From assembly GCF_041886205.1 (NCBI RefSeq), contig NZ_CP169029.1: 64,000 nucleotides of DNA. The stretch is one strand, 5' to 3'. The DNA comes from Escherichia coli. Lineage in GTDB: Bacteria; Pseudomonadota; Gammaproteobacteria; Enterobacterales; Enterobacteriaceae. The notes under the pieces are model-generated. The model was not told the origin of the DNA. It saw only the letters and a program-made list of their open reading frames with translations, and made no database searches. The position numbers and the translations under genes are program-made. Below are positions 1-15,363 of the stretch, piece after piece (the stretch's first letter is position 1; the number at the start of each line of letters is the position of its first letter).

Positions 1-315
1 GTTGGCAGTACAGTAGATCGGCGTATCGGGAATTTGTGCCATCAGTTCGGTCAGCGCCCCAGCGTGGTCCTCTTCTGCATGGTTAATCACGATGTAATCG
101 ATATCCGCCAGATCGATTTCATTACGCAGGTTCTGCACAAATTCGCGGCTGAATTTATGGTCGACGGTGTCGATCAGCACGTTTTTTTCTTCGCGGATGA
201 GGTAGCTGTTGTAGCTGCTGCCGCGCAGCGTTTTATATTCCGTGCCGTGAAAATCTCGTACTTCCCAGTCACGTTGACCCACCCAATGAATGTTATTTTT
301 CACCACAATAGACAT
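1..315 (-). CDS. norV: Anaerobic nitric oxide reductase flavorubredoxin NorV, N-terminal part (gene continues beyond window start)
   Basis: Minus-strand translation from ATG at 313-315 reads [28 protein letters not shown]...[18 protein letters not shown]; absent from ORF track because no stop in window; listed + ORF 34..345 is its antisense shadow. Confidence 0.9.
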   Translation of the reverse strand, partial: MSIVVKNNIHWVGQRDWEVRDFHGTEYKTLRGSSYNSYLIREEKNVLIDTVDHKFSREFVQNLRNEIDLADIDYIVINHAEEDHAGALTELMAQIPDTPIYCTAN

Positions 316-362
316 AGCAACCTCAATTTATTCAGCGTGTTCTAAAAAGATGTCTTGCTAAT

Positions 363-379
363 TGCAGATTGCGTGCCAG
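363..379 (-). promoter_or_regulatory. Sigma-54 (RpoN) promoter of norV
   Basis: Minus strand reads CTGGCACgcaatCTGCA (GG-N10-GC spacing) about 40 nt upstream of the norV start. Confidence 0.65.
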
Positions 380-433
380 TTTTTTATCTGATTGTTTTTA
401 CTATATAAATAAAAGTATGCTCATTAATGAGTA

Positions 434-489
434 GTCAAAATGACTATCAATCAAATGGTCGATATGACAATATCTATAGTCAAATTGAC
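434..489. promoter_or_regulatory. Three NorR enhancer-binding sites (GT-N7-AC) in the norR-norV intergenic region
   Basis: gtcaaaatgac 434-444, gtcgatatgac 458-468, gtcaaattgac 479-489; upstream of the sigma-54 promoter relative to norV. Confidence 0.65.
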
Positions 490-501
490 AGTGAGGCAAA
501 G

Positions 502-2016
502 ATGAGTTTTTCCGTTGATGTGCTGGCGAATATCGCCATCGAATTGCAGCGTGGGATTGGTCATCAGGATCGTTTTCAGCGCCTGATCACCACGCTACGT
601 CAGGTGCTGGAGTGCGATGCGTCTGCGTTGCTACGTTACGATTCGCGGCAGTTTATTCCGCTTGCCATCGACGGGCTGGCGAAGGATGTACTCGGTAGAC
701 GCTTTGCGCTGGAAGGGCATCCACGGCTGGAAGCGATTGCCCGCGCCGGGGACGTGGTGCGCTTTCCCGCAGACAGCGAATTGCCCGATCCCTATGACGG
801 TTTGATTCCCGGACAGGAGAGTCTGAAGGTCCACGCCTGCGTTGGTCTGCCATTGTTTGCCGGGCAAAACCTGATCGGCGCATTGACGCTCGACGGAATG
901 CAGCCCGATCAGTTCGATGTTTTCAGTGACGAAGAGTTACGCCTGATTGCCGCGCTGGCGGCGGGAGCGTTAAGCAATGCGTTGCTGATTGAACAACTGG
1001 AAAGCCAGAATATGCTACCAGGCGATGCCACGCCGTTTGAAGCGGTGAAACAGACGCAGATGATTGGCTTGTCCCCTGGCATGACGCAACTGAAAAAAGA
1101 GATTGAGATTGTGGCGGCGTCCGATCTCAACGTCCTGATCAGCGGTGAGACTGGAACCGGTAAGGAGCTGGTGGCGAAAGCGATTCATGAAGCCTCGCCA
1201 CGGGCGGTGAATCCGCTGGTCTATCTCAACTGTGCCGCACTGCCGGAAAGTGTGGCGGAAAGTGAGTTGTTCGGGCATGTGAAAGGAGCGTTTACTGGCG
1301 CTATCAGTAACCGCAGCGGGAAGTTTGAAATGGCGGATAACGGCACGCTGTTTCTCGATGAGATCGGCGAGTTGTCGTTGGCATTGCAGGCCAAGCTGCT
1401 GAGGGTGTTGCAGTATGGCGATATTCAGCGCGTTGGCGATGACCGAAGTTTGCGGGTCGATGTGCGCGTGCTGGCGGCGACTAACCGCGACTTACGCGAA
1501 GAGGTGCTGGCAGGGCGATTCCGCGCCGATTTGTTTCATCGCCTGAGCGTGTTTCCACTTTCGGTGCCGCCGCTGCGTGAGCGGGGCGATGATGTCATTC
1601 TGCTGGCGGGGTATTTCTGCGAGCAGTGTCGTTTGCGGCTGGGGCTCTCCCGCGTGGTATTAAGCGCCGGAGCGCGAAATTTACTGCAACACTATCGTTT
1701 TCCGGGGAACGTGCGCGAACTGGAACATGCTATTCATCGGGCGGTAGTGCTGGCGAGAGCCACCCGCAACGGCGATGAAGTGATTCTTGAGGCGCAACAT
1801 TTTGCTTTTCCTGAGGTGACGTTGCCGACGCCAGAAGCGGCGGCGGTGCCCGTTGTTAAGCAAAACCTGCGTGAAGCGACAGAAGCGTTCCAGCGTGAAA
1901 CTATTCGCCAGGCACTGGCACAAAATCATCACAACTGGGCTGCCTGCGCGCGGATGCTGGAAACCGACGTCGCCAACCTGCATCGGCTGGCGAAACGTCT
2001 GGGAATGAAGGATTAA
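502..2016 (+). CDS. norR: Sigma-54-dependent NO-responsive transcriptional activator NorR
   Basis: 504 aa from [16 protein letters not shown]; GAF domain, AAA+ sigma-54 activator motifs ([15 protein letters not shown]), C-terminal HTH; ORF track start at 427 is an upstream in-frame extension; RBS gaggca before ATG 502. Confidence 0.95.
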   Translation: MSFSVDVLANIAIELQRGIGHQDRFQRLITTLRQVLECDASALLRYDSRQFIPLAIDGLAKDVLGRRFALEGHPRLEAIARAGDVVRFPADSELPDPYDGLIPGQESLKVHACVGLPLFAGQNLIGALTLDGMQPDQFDVFSDEELRLIAALAAGALSNALLIEQLESQNMLPGDATPFEAVKQTQMIGLSPGMTQLKKEIEIVAASDLNVLISGETGTGKELVAKAIHEASPRAVNPLVYLNCAALPESVAESELFGHVKGAFTGAISNRSGKFEMADNGTLFLDEIGELSLALQAKLLRVLQYGDIQRVGDDRSLRVDVRVLAATNRDLREEVLAGRFRADLFHRLSVFPLSVPPLRERGDDVILLAGYFCEQCRLRLGLSRVVLSAGARNLLQHYRFPGNVRELEHAIHRAVVLARATRNGDEVILEAQHFAFPEVTLPTPEAAAVPVVKQNLREATEAFQRETIRQALAQNHHNWAACARMLETDVANLHRLAKRLGMKD

Positions 2017-2978
2017 ATAATCCCGGCCTGATAGAAATCCTGCAGGTTAATTGCGCCGGTGAGTTTGCCGTTTTCATCTACCACCGGTGCGGCAGTGATT
2101 TTGCGCTTCATCAGGATCTCTTTGGCGTCGATGGCGCGACTTTGTGCCTGTAATGTGGTGCCGCCTGTCGTCATCGCTTCATTGACTGGTGTGGTGAGTG
2201 CGCCGCCGCCTACCAGCCAGCGACGTAAATCGCCGTCGGTAAAGACGCCTTGTACCTGTTGTTGAGCGTCACATACCGCCACCAGCCCCAGACCGGTGCG
2301 GCTGAGTTCCAGCATCGCATCCATCACGCTGGCGGTTAACGCCACCTGTGGGATGGCATCGTCACGGCGCATCAGATGATGCACTTTATTCAGCAAGCGA
2401 GCGCCCAGTGCCCCGGCTGGGTGGGAGCGGGCAAAATCTTCTTCATTAAATCCGCGCGCCTGCATGACCGCCATCGCCAGCGCGTCACCCATCATCAGGG
2501 TATTGACGGTGCTGGAGGTCGGCGCAAGGTGCATCGGGCAGGCTTCGCGTTCTACGGAGATATCCAGCACCGCTTTTGCCGCCAGGCCCAGCGGTGACGT
2601 CGGTTTGCCGGTCATCGCCAGCAGCGCGATAGATTTATCTTCCAGACGCGGAATAATCAGATCCAGTTCCTTCGCGCCACCGGAGTAAGAGATAAACAGC
2701 ATCACATCGCGGCTTTCGATCATCCCCAGATCGCCGTGCAGCGCTTCTGCCGGATGGACAAAAAAAGCCGGTGTGCCGGTACTGGCAAGCGTTGCGGCGA
2801 TTTTCTTACCAATGTGGCCCGATTTGCCAATTCCCGAAACCACCACTTTGCCTTCACAGTGCAGGATGATATTGGCGGCGCGAACAAAATCATCGCCCAG
2901 ACGTTCCGGTAAACGGCTTGCTTCCTGCAACTCCAGCATTAACGTCTGACGTCCCGCGTTCAGTAGTGCTTCACTCAT
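2013..2978 (-). CDS. gutQ: Arabinose-5-phosphate isomerase GutQ (SIS + CBS domains)
   Basis: 321 aa ORF; position downstream of srlR as in the E. coli gut operon. Confidence 0.93.
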
Positions 2979-3744
2979 TGCTCTCTCCGGTTATGATCAC
3001 ATCGATCCCTTTCTCTTCCAGCGCCTGACGAAACGCCGGATCGATACCTGCGTCGGTAATCAGCTTATCGACGCTTTCAAGACTGCAAACTACGTTGGGG
3101 CTTTTACGGCCAAACTTTGATGAGTCCGCCATCAAAATCACTTCGCGCGCGGCATTGCACATTGCCTTACTGACGGTATAAACCTCGTTAAAGGTGGTTA
3201 CGCCCGCATTGAGATCGATGCCGTCGGTGCCCATAAACAATTTATCGAAGGTGAAATGCTCGAAGGCATTCTCTGCCAGTTGCCCGTGAAATGAGGCCGA
3301 TTTTTTGCGAAACGTTCCGCCTGGCATCAGGATAGTTTGTTCGTTATCCAGTTCGGATAGCGCATTGACGATATGCAGGCTGTTGGTCATCACCGTGATG
3401 TTATTAAAGCGCGAGAGCAGGGGAACCATCTGCAAAACGGTACTGCCAGCATCAAGAATGATCGAATCGCCATCATGGATAAAACTAACGGCAGCTTCTG
3501 CAATCAGCTCTTTCTTGTGGGTGTTGATGAGTGTTTTATGATCGATAGGCGGATCGGATTCCTCTTTATTCAACACCACTCCGCCATAAGTACGAATGAC
3601 GGTTCCGGCATGTTCCAGAATGACCAGATCTTTGCGAATGGTTGTGCCTGTGGTGTCAAAGTATTGCGCCAATTCTTCAACCGAGCATTTACCCTGCTTT
3701 TGCAGATACTCCAGAATGGCGGCCTGACGCTGACGAGGTTTCAT
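2971..3744 (-). CDS. srlR: DeoR-family glucitol operon repressor
   Basis: 257 aa ORF, N-terminal HTH ([29 protein letters not shown]), overlaps gutQ start. Confidence 0.93.
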
Positions 3745-3810
3745 GGGCGTGATTACCTGATTTAGGTTTCAAAATGATAACTTCGCAAGCAAGTAACATT
3801 CACAACGAAA

Positions 3811-4170
3811 TTATCCACGTTTCAGTTTAAGCGCCAATGATAGAGCATTCTGTGATAGTGGATCATGGGGAAAGATCACATCGGGCTGTAAATCACCCGC
3901 ATGCATACCGGTAATTGCGGGAATTTTTTGCGGTCGGGCGAAGACGGTCAGTCCTTTCATAAACAAGGTGTCGACGATGCGCTGCTGATCGTCCAGCGCG
4001 ATGGCGACCACGACCCGCGGTTTAAAGCGCCCGCTGGAACGGCCCACGCCAACCCGCCCTTGCTGGCATAGTGTGTCGAAGGCACGGTTAAAACGAGAAA
4101 TTTGCCAGCCGCCTAAGGCCAGTTGCGCACACCAGGCGATAACGGCGACGGTGATGAGTGCGGATACCAT
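3811..4170 (-). CDS. gutM: Glucitol operon activator GutM
   Basis: 119 aa ORF between srlD and srlR, N-terminal hydrophobic segment. Confidence 0.88.
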   Translation of the reverse strand: MVSALITVAVIAWCAQLALGGWQISRFNRAFDTLCQQGRVGVGRSSGRFKPRVVVAIALDDQQRIVDTLFMKGLTVFARPQKIPAITGMHAGDLQPDVIFPHDPLSQNALSLALKLKRG

Positions 4171-4274
4171 AACTTTTCCTTAATGTAGTGGCGGAAGTCC
4201 TGTATGCCTGATGAGCGTAGCGCATCAGGCATTCTATAGTCTCACGGAGATCCTTAATGGATCTCCGCTGTTGA

Positions 4275-5429
<1,155 letters not shown>

Positions 5430-5439
5430 GTTTCAGCCT

Positions 5440-6977
<1,538 letters not shown>

Positions 6978-7214
6978 TTATTGTTTTATTACCAAACGGC
7001 AACCTAATCTAATCAGATTGAAAGTTTTAAAAGTGTTATTTTGATCGCAAAATGAAAGATAAATATTTTAATTTGAAAGTTTGAATAAAAGTATAGCGAG
7101 GGGAATGAGTTGAGTTATGTAAAGTCCGTATCGGGCAGTGACTACCGCTTCCTTGTGCGGGGCGTGATGCTTTACCATACTTGCCCCTGGTTGAATCTGT
7201 TAAATGGACCCCTC

Positions 7215-8300
7215 ATGTTCAAGCGTCGTTATGTAACATTGCTTCCCCTTTTTGTGTTGCTTGCCGCCTGTAGCAGCAAGCCAAAACCTACTGAGACTGA
7301 AACGACCACCGGAACGCCGTCTGGCGGCTTCCTGCTTGAGCCGCAGCACAATGTGATGCAGATGGGCGGCGATTTCGCTAATAACCCGAATGCCCAGCAG
7401 TTCATCGACAAAATGGTGAACAAACACGGTTTCGATCGTCAGCAGTTGCAGGAAATTCTCTCCCAGGCGAAGCGTCTGGATTCGGTACTGCGGCTGATGG
7501 ATAACCAGGCACCAACCACATCGGTGAAACCGCCATCAGGTCCGAACGGCGCATGGCTGCGTTATCGCAAAAAATTTATTACGCCGGACAACGTGCAGAA
7601 CGGTGTGGTTTTCTGGAATCAGTATGAAGATGCGTTGAATCGCGCGTGGCAGGTGTATGGCGTACCGCCGGAAATTATCGTCGGGATTATCGGCGTTGAA
7701 ACCCGCTGGGGGCGCGTGATGGGGAAAACTCGCATCCTCGATGCGCTGGCAACGCTGTCATTTAACTACCCACGCCGCGCGGAGTATTTCTCTGGCGAGC
7801 TGGAAACCTTCCTGCTGATGGCGCGCGACGAGCAGGACGATCCGCTCAATCTGAAAGGTTCCTTTGCCGGGGCGATGGGCTACGGACAGTTTATGCCGTC
7901 GTCTTACAAACAATATGCGGTAGATTTCAGCGGCGACGGGCATATCAACCTGTGGGATCCGGTTGATGCGATCGGTAGTGTGGCGAACTATTTCAAAGCG
8001 CACGGCTGGGTGAAAGGCGATCAGGTCGCGGTAATGGCAAACGGTCAGGCTCCAGGCTTGCCAAATGGCTTCAAAACTAAGTACAGCATTTCGCAGCTTG
8101 CCGCGGCAGGTTTAACGCCACAGCAGCCGCTGGGCAACCATCAACAAGCCAGCCTGCTGCGTCTGGATGTTGGCACCGGCTACCAGTACTGGTACGGTCT
8201 GCCGAACTTCTACACCATCACCCGTTACAACCACAGCACCCATTACGCAATGGCGGTCTGGCAGTTAGGACAAGCCGTGGCGCTGGCGCGCGTGCAGTAA
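7215..8300 (+). CDS. mltB: Membrane-bound lytic murein transglycosylase B (lipoprotein)
   Basis: 361 aa from MFKRRYVTLLPLFVLLAACSS (lipobox LAAC); ORF track start 7110 is an upstream extension. Confidence 0.9.
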   Translation: MFKRRYVTLLPLFVLLAACSSKPKPTETETTTGTPSGGFLLEPQHNVMQMGGDFANNPNAQQFIDKMVNKHGFDRQQLQEILSQAKRLDSVLRLMDNQAPTTSVKPPSGPNGAWLRYRKKFITPDNVQNGVVFWNQYEDALNRAWQVYGVPPEIIVGIIGVETRWGRVMGKTRILDALATLSFNYPRRAEYFSGELETFLLMARDEQDDPLNLKGSFAGAMGYGQFMPSSYKQYAVDFSGDGHINLWDPVDAIGSVANYFKAHGWVKGDQVAVMANGQAPGLPNGFKTKYSISQLAAAGLTPQQPLGNHQQASLLRLDVGTGYQYWYGLPNFYTITRYNHSTHYAMAVWQLGQAVALARVQ

Positions 8301-8339
8301 CTATTTGCAAGAGGGGGGCGTGAGCTTCCCTCTGCTTTC

Positions 8340-8579
8340 TTACTGTTTATTCGAATTACGTAATTGCTTGATTTTTTTCGACAGCGATATCGCATATCCC
8401 AGGCAGACAACGCCTAATGCAGCCTGGCCGAAGTCGAAAGGTTCAAGATAGCCAGAAGATAAAATTTTACATACCACTGCAACCAGGGCGCTGACGCCGC
8501 CAATGGTGACCCACATGCGCATTTGCGTAGTCTGTTTGAGCACGTTTTGTGGGGTGTTATCCGTTTTCTTTGTTGCCAT
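8340..8579 (-). CDS. Candidate small membrane protein (unannotated small ORF between mltB and pncC)
   Basis: 79 aa from MATKKTDNTPQN with one predicted TM helix; GGGAGAG RBS-like motif 8 nt upstream of ATG at 8579; could be spurious. Confidence 0.25.
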   Translation of the reverse strand: MATKKTDNTPQNVLKQTTQMRMWVTIGGVSALVAVVCKILSSGYLEPFDFGQAALGVVCLGYAISLSKKIKQLRNSNKQ

Positions 8580-8760
8580 TGCTTTTCTCTCCCTGTGAAT
8601 ACATATCAATGTGAATGCGGCATGGTAGCCTTTTTTCTTTACCGGTTGGTCCTAACAGTCTTATTTCGGAATGCGACTCGTAAAATGAATCGCTCGTCCC
8701 CATCTTCTGCGGGAAAGTGCTATCTTGTCCGGCATAAATTTTTGACTGACAGAGGTTGTG

Positions 8761-9258
8761 ATGACTGACAGTGAACTGATGCAGTTAAGCGAACAGGTTG
8801 GGCAGGCGCTGAAAGCCCGTGGCGCAATCGTAACAACTGCTGAGTCTTGTACCGGCGGTTGGGTAGCGAAAGTGATTACCGATATTGCCGGTAGCTCCGC
8901 CTGGTTTGAACGCGGATTTGTCACCTACAGTAACGAAGCCAAAGCGCAGATGATCGGCGTACGTGAAGAGACGCTGGCGCAGCATGGCGCGGTGAGTGAA
9001 CCCGTCGTGGTGGAAATGGCGATAGGTGCACTGAAAGCGGCTCGTGCTGATTATGCCGTGTCTATTAGTGGTATCGCCGGGCCGGATGGCGGCAGTGAAG
9101 AGAAGCCTGTCGGCACCGTCTGGTTTGCTTTTGCCACTGCCCGCGGTGAAGGCATTACCCGGCGGGAATGCTTCAGCGGCGACCGTGATGCGGTGCGTCG
9201 TCAGGCTACTGCGTATGCATTGCAGACCTTGTGGCAACAATTTCTACAAAACACTTGA
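8761..9258 (+). CDS. pncC: NMN amidohydrolase PncC (CinA-like, YgaD)
   Basis: 165 aa from MTDSELMQLSEQVGQ; immediately upstream of recA as in E. coli. Confidence 0.9.
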   Translation: MTDSELMQLSEQVGQALKARGAIVTTAESCTGGWVAKVITDIAGSSAWFERGFVTYSNEAKAQMIGVREETLAQHGAVSEPVVVEMAIGALKAARADYAVSISGIAGPDGGSEEKPVGTVWFAFATARGEGITRRECFSGDRDAVRRQATAYALQTLWQQFLQNT

Positions 9259-10399
<1,141 letters not shown>

Positions 10400-10641
10400 T
10401 CGTTCGTTATTGATGATAATAGATAATGTGTGCACGGACGGTCCCCTCGCCCCTTTGGGGAGAGGGTTAGGGTGAGGGGAACAGGCCAGCACTGGCGTGA
10501 AAAATTACTCTCACCTCGATCCTCTAACGAATTGGGCCTGCGGGAACATTCTGCACACTCATTGACTATTAAATCTGTTTATCAGCAAAACCTGGGTCGC
10601 ATCTGCGGCCCTTTTGCTTTTTTAAGTTGTAAGGATATGCC

Positions 10642-11142
10642 ATGACAGAATCAACGTCCCGTCGCCCGGCATATGCTCGCCTGTTGGATCGTGCGGTACG
10701 CATTCTGGCGGTGCGCGATCACAGTGAGCAAGAACTGCGACGTAAACTCGCGGCACCGATTATGGGCAAAAATGGCCCAGAAGAGATTGATGCTACGGCA
10801 GAAGATTACGAACGCGTTATTGCCTGGTGCCATGAACATGGCTATCTCGATGACAGCCGATTTGTTGCGCGCTTTATCGCCAGCCGTAGCCGCAAAGGTT
10901 ATGGACCTGCACGTATTCGTCAGGAACTGAATCAGAAAGGTATTTCCCGCGAAGCGACAGAAAAAGCGATGCGTGAATGTGACATCGACTGGTGCGCACT
11001 GGCGCGCGATCAGGCGACGCGAAAATATGGTGAACCTTTGCCAACTGTCTTTTCAGAAAAAGTTAAGATCCAGCGTTTTCTGCTCTATCGTGGCTATCTG
11101 ATGGAAGATATCCAGGATATTTGGCGAAATTTTGCCGACTGA
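10642..11142 (+). CDS. recX: RecA regulator RecX
   Basis: 166 aa ORF directly downstream of recA. Confidence 0.93.
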   Translation: MTESTSRRPAYARLLDRAVRILAVRDHSEQELRRKLAAPIMGKNGPEEIDATAEDYERVIAWCHEHGYLDDSRFVARFIASRSRKGYGPARIRQELNQKGISREATEKAMRECDIDWCALARDQATRKYGEPLPTVFSEKVKIQRFLLYRGYLMEDIQDIWRNFAD

Positions 11143-11269
11143 ATGCATACGGTATTTTACTTCCCAGTCAAGAAAACTTATCTTATTCCCACTTTTCAGT
11201 TACCAGCCCGGTGGTTAAGACACGCTGGAGCTGGTGGCGATATTTCGTTAGCTTGATTTCAGGATAATT

Positions 11270-13900
11270 ATGAGCAAGAGCACCGCTGAGATCCGTCAGG
11301 CGTTTCTCGACTTTTTCCATAGTAAGGGACATCAGGTAGTTGCCAGCAGCTCCCTGGTACCCCATAACGACCCAACTTTGTTGTTTACCAACGCCGGGAT
11401 GAACCAGTTCAAGGATGTGTTCCTTGGGCTCGACAAGCGTAATTATTCCCGCGCTACCACTTCCCAACGCTGCGTGCGTGCGGGTGGTAAACACAACGAC
11501 CTGGAAAACGTCGGTTACACCGCGCGTCACCATACCTTCTTCGAAATGCTGGGCAACTTCAGCTTCGGCGACTATTTCAAACACGATGCCATTCAGTTTG
11601 CATGGGAACTGCTGACCAGCGAAAAATGGTTTGCCCTGCCGAAAGAGCGTCTGTGGGTTACCGTCTATGAAAGCGACGACGAAGCCTACGAAATCTGGGA
11701 AAAAGAAGTCGGGATCCCGCGCGAACGTATTATTCGCATCGGCGATAACAAAGGTGCGCCATACGCATCTGACAACTTCTGGCAGATGGGTGACACTGGT
11801 CCGTGCGGCCCGTGCACCGAAATCTTCTACGATCACGGCGACCACATTTGGGGTGGCCCTCCGGGAAGTCCGGAAGAAGACGGCGACCGCTACATTGAGA
11901 TCTGGAACATCGTCTTCATGCAGTTCAACCGCCAGGCAGATGGCACGATGGAACCGCTGCCGAAGCCGTCTGTAGATACCGGTATGGGTCTGGAGCGTAT
12001 TGCTGCGGTGCTGCAACACGTTAACTCTAACTATGACATCGACCTGTTCCGCACGTTGATCCAGGCGGTAGCGAAAGTCACTGGCGCGACCGATCTGAGC
12101 AATAAATCGCTGCGCGTAATCGCTGACCACATTCGTTCTTGTGCGTTCCTGATCGCGGATGGCGTAATGCCGTCCAATGAAAACCGTGGTTATGTACTGC
12201 GTCGTATCATTCGTCGCGCAGTGCGTCACGGCAATATGCTCGGCGCGAAAGAAACCTTCTTCTACAAACTGGTTGGTCCGCTGATCGACGTTATGGGCTC
12301 TGCGGGTGAAGACCTGAAACGCCAGCAGGCGCAGGTTGAGCAGGTGCTGAAGACTGAAGAAGAGCAGTTTGCCCGTACTCTGGAGCGCGGTCTGGCGTTG
12401 CTGGATGAAGAGCTGGCAAAACTTTCTGGTGATACGCTGGATGGTGAAACGGCTTTCCGTCTGTACGACACCTATGGCTTCCCGGTTGACCTGACGGCTG
12501 ATGTTTGTCGTGAGCGCAACATCAAAGTTGACGAAGCTGGTTTTGAAGCAGCAATGGAAGAGCAGCGTCGTCGCGCGCGCGAAGCCAGCGGCTTTGGTGC
12601 CGATTACAACGCAATGATCCGTGTTGATAGTGCATCTGAATTTAAAGGCTATGACCATCTGGAACTGAACGGCAAAGTGACCGCGCTGTTTGTTGATGGT
12701 AAAGCGGTTGATGCCATCAATGCAGGCCAGGAAGCTGTGGTCGTGCTGGATCAAACACCATTCTATGCGGAATCCGGCGGTCAGGTTGGTGATAAAGGCG
12801 AACTGAAAGGCGCTAACTTCTCCTTCGCGGTGGAAGATACGCAGAAATACGGCCAGGCGATTGGTCACATCGGTAAACTTGCTGCGGGTTCTCTGAAAGT
12901 GGGCGACGCTGTGCAGGCTGATGTTGATGAGGCTCGTCGCGCCCGTATTCGTCTGAATCACTCCGCAACGCACCTGATGCACGCTGCGCTGCGCCAGGTT
13001 CTGGGTACTCATGTATCGCAGAAAGGTTCACTGGTTAACGACAAAGTGCTGCGCTTCGACTTCTCACACAACGAAGCGATGAAACCGGAAGAGATTCGTG
13101 CGGTCGAAGACCTGGTGAACGCACAGATTCGTCGCAATTTGCCTATCGAAACCAACATCATGGATCTCGAAGCGGCGAAAGCGAAAGGTGCGATGGCGCT
13201 GTTCGGCGAGAAGTATGATGAGCGCGTACGCGTGCTGAGCATGGGCGATTTCTCCACCGAGCTGTGTGGCGGTACTCACGCCAGCCGCACTGGTGATATT
13301 GGTCTGTTCCGCATCATCTCTGAATCGGGTACTGCTGCAGGCGTTCGTCGTATCGAAGCGGTAACCGGAGAAGGCGCTATCGCCACCGTTCATGCAGACA
13401 GCGATCGCTTAAGCGAAGTCGCACATCTGCTGAAAGGCGATAGCAATAATCTGGCTGATAAAGTGCGTTCAGTACTGGAACGTACGCGTCAGCTGGAAAA
13501 AGAGTTACAACAGCTTAAAGAACAAGCTGCCGCACAGGAGAGTGCAAATCTTTCCAGTAAGGCAATTGATGTTAATGGTGTTAAGCTGTTGGTTAGCGAG
13601 CTTAGCGGTGTTGAGCCGAAAATGTTGCGTACCATGGTTGACGATTTAAAAAATCAGCTGGGGTCGACAATTATCGTGCTGGCAACGGTAGCCGAAGGTA
13701 AGGTTTCTCTGATTGCAGGCGTATCTAAGGACGTCACAGATCGTGTGAAAGCAGGGGAACTGATTGGTATGGTCGCTCAGCAGGTGGGCGGCAAGGGTGG
13801 TGGACGTCCTGACATGGCGCAAGCCGGTGGTACGGATGCTGCGGCCTTACCTGCAGCGTTAGCCAGTGTGAAAGGCTGGGTCAGCGCGAAATTGCAATAA
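11270..13900 (+). CDS. alaS: Alanine--tRNA ligase
   Basis: 876 aa ORF, class II aaRS; the 609 aa minus-strand ORF 11183..13012 is its antisense shadow. Confidence 0.97.
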   Translation: MSKSTAEIRQAFLDFFHSKGHQVVASSSLVPHNDPTLLFTNAGMNQFKDVFLGLDKRNYSRATTSQRCVRAGGKHNDLENVGYTARHHTFFEMLGNFSFGDYFKHDAIQFAWELLTSEKWFALPKERLWVTVYESDDEAYEIWEKEVGIPRERIIRIGDNKGAPYASDNFWQMGDTGPCGPCTEIFYDHGDHIWGGPPGSPEEDGDRYIEIWNIVFMQFNRQADGTMEPLPKPSVDTGMGLERIAAVLQHVNSNYDIDLFRTLIQAVAKVTGATDLSNKSLRVIADHIRSCAFLIADGVMPSNENRGYVLRRIIRRAVRHGNMLGAKETFFYKLVGPLIDVMGSAGEDLKRQQAQVEQVLKTEEEQFARTLERGLALLDEELAKLSGDTLDGETAFRLYDTYGFPVDLTADVCRERNIKVDEAGFEAAMEEQRRRAREASGFGADYNAMIRVDSASEFKGYDHLELNGKVTALFVDGKAVDAINAGQEAVVVLDQTPFYAESGGQVGDKGELKGANFSFAVEDTQKYGQAIGHIGKLAAGSLKVGDAVQADVDEARRARIRLNHSATHLMHAALRQVLGTHVSQKGSLVNDKVLRFDFSHNEAMKPEEIRAVEDLVNAQIRRNLPIETNIMDLEAAKAKGAMALFGEKYDERVRVLSMGDFSTELCGGTHASRTGDIGLFRIISESGTAAGVRRIEAVTGEGAIATVHADSDRLSEVAHLLKGDSNNLADKVRSVLERTRQLEKELQQLKEQAAAQESANLSSKAIDVNGVKLLVSELSGVEPKMLRTMVDDLKNQLGSTIIVLATVAEGKVSLIAGVSKDVTDRVKAGELIGMVAQQVGGKGGGRPDMAQAGGTDAAALPAALASVKGWVSAKLQ

Positions 13901-14134
13901 TATAAGCGTCAGGCAATGCCGTGGACTCGCTTCACGGCATTCGCATTAACGCTATCGACAACGATAAAGTCAGGTTGAAGTTGTGTATATCGGCTAAACT
14001 TAGGTTTAACAGAATGTAATGCCATGACTGCTTACATGTAATGTGTTTGTCATTGCTTACTTTTTGGCGTTATATGATGGATAATGCCGGGATACAGAGA
14101 GACCCGACTCTTTTAATCTTTCAAGGAGCAAAGA

Positions 14135-14320
14135 ATGCTGATTCTGACTCGTCGAGTTGGTGAGACCCTCATGATTGGGGATGAGGTCACCGTGACAGTT
14201 TTAGGGGTAAAGGGCAACCAGGTACGTATTGGCGTAAATGCCCCGAAGGAAGTTTCTGTTCACCGTGAAGAGATCTACCAGCGTATCCAGGCTGAAAAAT
14301 CCCAGCAGTCCAGTTACTAA
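14135..14320 (+). CDS. csrA: Carbon storage regulator CsrA
   Basis: 61 aa [61 protein letters not shown]. Confidence 0.97.
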
Positions 14321-14545
14321 TCTTTCCGCGTCTCATCTTTATCGGTGAGACGCACCCTCAAAATTTCTCCTTCACTCCATTGTCTTTTCGCTTTACTCTC
14401 GTTCATTCAACTTAAGTCTCCATTTTTTTGCATTACTGCTATCTGTCAGACCTCCGTTTTTCTGTAGATAAAACACTCTTTTTGACGTTTTTACAGACTA
14501 ATTGAGCGTGAAGTGTGCAAACGATAAAAGTGTGGGAAAAATTGT

Positions 14546-14573
14546 TTGACTTATAAGTCTCAGAAAGTAATAT
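14546..14573 (+). promoter_or_regulatory. Putative sigma-70 promoter of the serV-arg tRNA operon
   Basis: TTGACT (14546-14551), 16-nt spacer, TAATAT (14568-14573), followed by GC-rich discriminator gcgccacg; about 60 nt upstream of tRNA-Ser. Confidence 0.4.
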
Positions 14574-14635
14574 GTGCGCCACGCAGCGACGATGAGCAAT
14601 AAACAAGTTCTTCGAAGCACTCGTAAGAGGCGTGT

Positions 14636-14728
14636 GGTGAGGTGGCCGAGAGGCTGAAGGCGCTCCCCTGCTAAGGGAGTATGCGGTCAAAAGCTGCATC
14701 CGGGGTTCGAATCCCCGCCTCACCGCCA
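14636..14728 (+). tRNA. serV: tRNA-Ser (anticodon GCU)
   Basis: 93 nt, GGTGAGGTGGCCGAGAGGCTGAAGG...long variable arm...CACCGCCA, anticodon loop cuGCUaa. Confidence 0.9.
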
Positions 14729-14731
14729 TTT

Positions 14732-14808
14732 GCATCCGTAGCTCAGCTGGATAGAGTACTCGGCTACGAACCGAGCGGTCGGAGGTTCGAATCCTCCCGG
14801 ATGCACCA
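14732..14808 (+). tRNA. argV: tRNA-Arg (anticodon ACG), copy 1
   Basis: 77 nt GCATCCGTAGCTCAGCTGGATAGAGTACTCGGCTACGAACCGAGCGGTCGGAGGTTCGAATCCTCCCGGATGCACCA. Confidence 0.9.
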
Positions 14809-14872
14809 TCTCTTACTTGATACGGCTTTAGTAGCGGTATCAAAAAATCTGCAGTAAAGTAAGTTTCCCGAT

Positions 14873-14949
14873 GCATCCGTAGCTCAGCTGGATAGAGTAC
14901 TCGGCTACGAACCGAGCGGTCGGAGGTTCGAATCCTCCCGGATGCACCA
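14873..14949 (+). tRNA. tRNA-Arg (anticodon ACG), copy 2
   Basis: Identical 77-nt sequence to copy 1. Confidence 0.9.
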
Positions 14950-15011
14950 TCTCTTACTTGATATGGCTTTAGTAGCGGTATCAATATCAGCAGTAAAATA
15001 AATTTCCCGAT

Positions 15012-15088
15012 GCATCCGTAGCTCAGCTGGATAGAGTACTCGGCTACGAACCGAGCGGTCGGAGGTTCGAATCCTCCCGGATGCACCA
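15012..15088 (+). tRNA. tRNA-Arg (anticodon ACG), copy 3
   Basis: Identical 77-nt sequence to copy 1. Confidence 0.9.
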
Positions 15089-15224
15089 TATTCTCCGAAA
15101 TCTTCAGCAATGAAGGTATCGAAGAGGTAGCGGTATTAACCGCAGGCACCAGGGAGGATAACGTTGCGCCAGCAACGGCCCGAAGGGCGAGCCGCAAGGC
15201 GAGTAATCCTCCCGGATGCACCAT
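15089..15224 (+). repeat. ~136-bp repeat unit ending in a duplicate of the tRNA-Arg 3' end (partial tRNA)
   Basis: Sequence ...ttcagcaatgaaggtatcgaagag...ggataacgttgcgccagcaacggcccgaagggcga...aatcctcccggatgcacca; ~90 percent identical to 15364..15500. Confidence 0.7.
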
Positions 15225-15286
15225 CTCTTAATTGATATGGCTTTAGTAGCGGTATCAATATCAGCAGTAGAATAAGTTTTCCCGAT

Positions 15287-15363
15287 GCATCCGTAGCTCA
15301 GCTGGATAGAGTACTCGGCTACGAACCGAGCGGTCGGAGGTTCGAATCCTCCCGGATGCACCA
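15287..15363 (+). tRNA. tRNA-Arg (anticodon ACG), copy 4
   Basis: Identical 77-nt sequence to copy 1. Confidence 0.9.

Noticed and set aside
34-345. 103-aa plus-strand ORF at the window start
   Set aside because: It is the antisense shadow of the norV N-terminus; the minus-strand translation matches NorV exactly
10440-10480. G-rich element gtcccctcgcccctttggggagagggttagggtgagggg in the recA-recX spacer
   Set aside because: Only partial dyad symmetry; most likely part of the known recA terminator/read-through region, nothing assignable
11183-13012. 609-aa minus-strand ORF
   Set aside because: Lies entirely antisense within alaS; low-complexity translation; alaS is unambiguous on the plus strand
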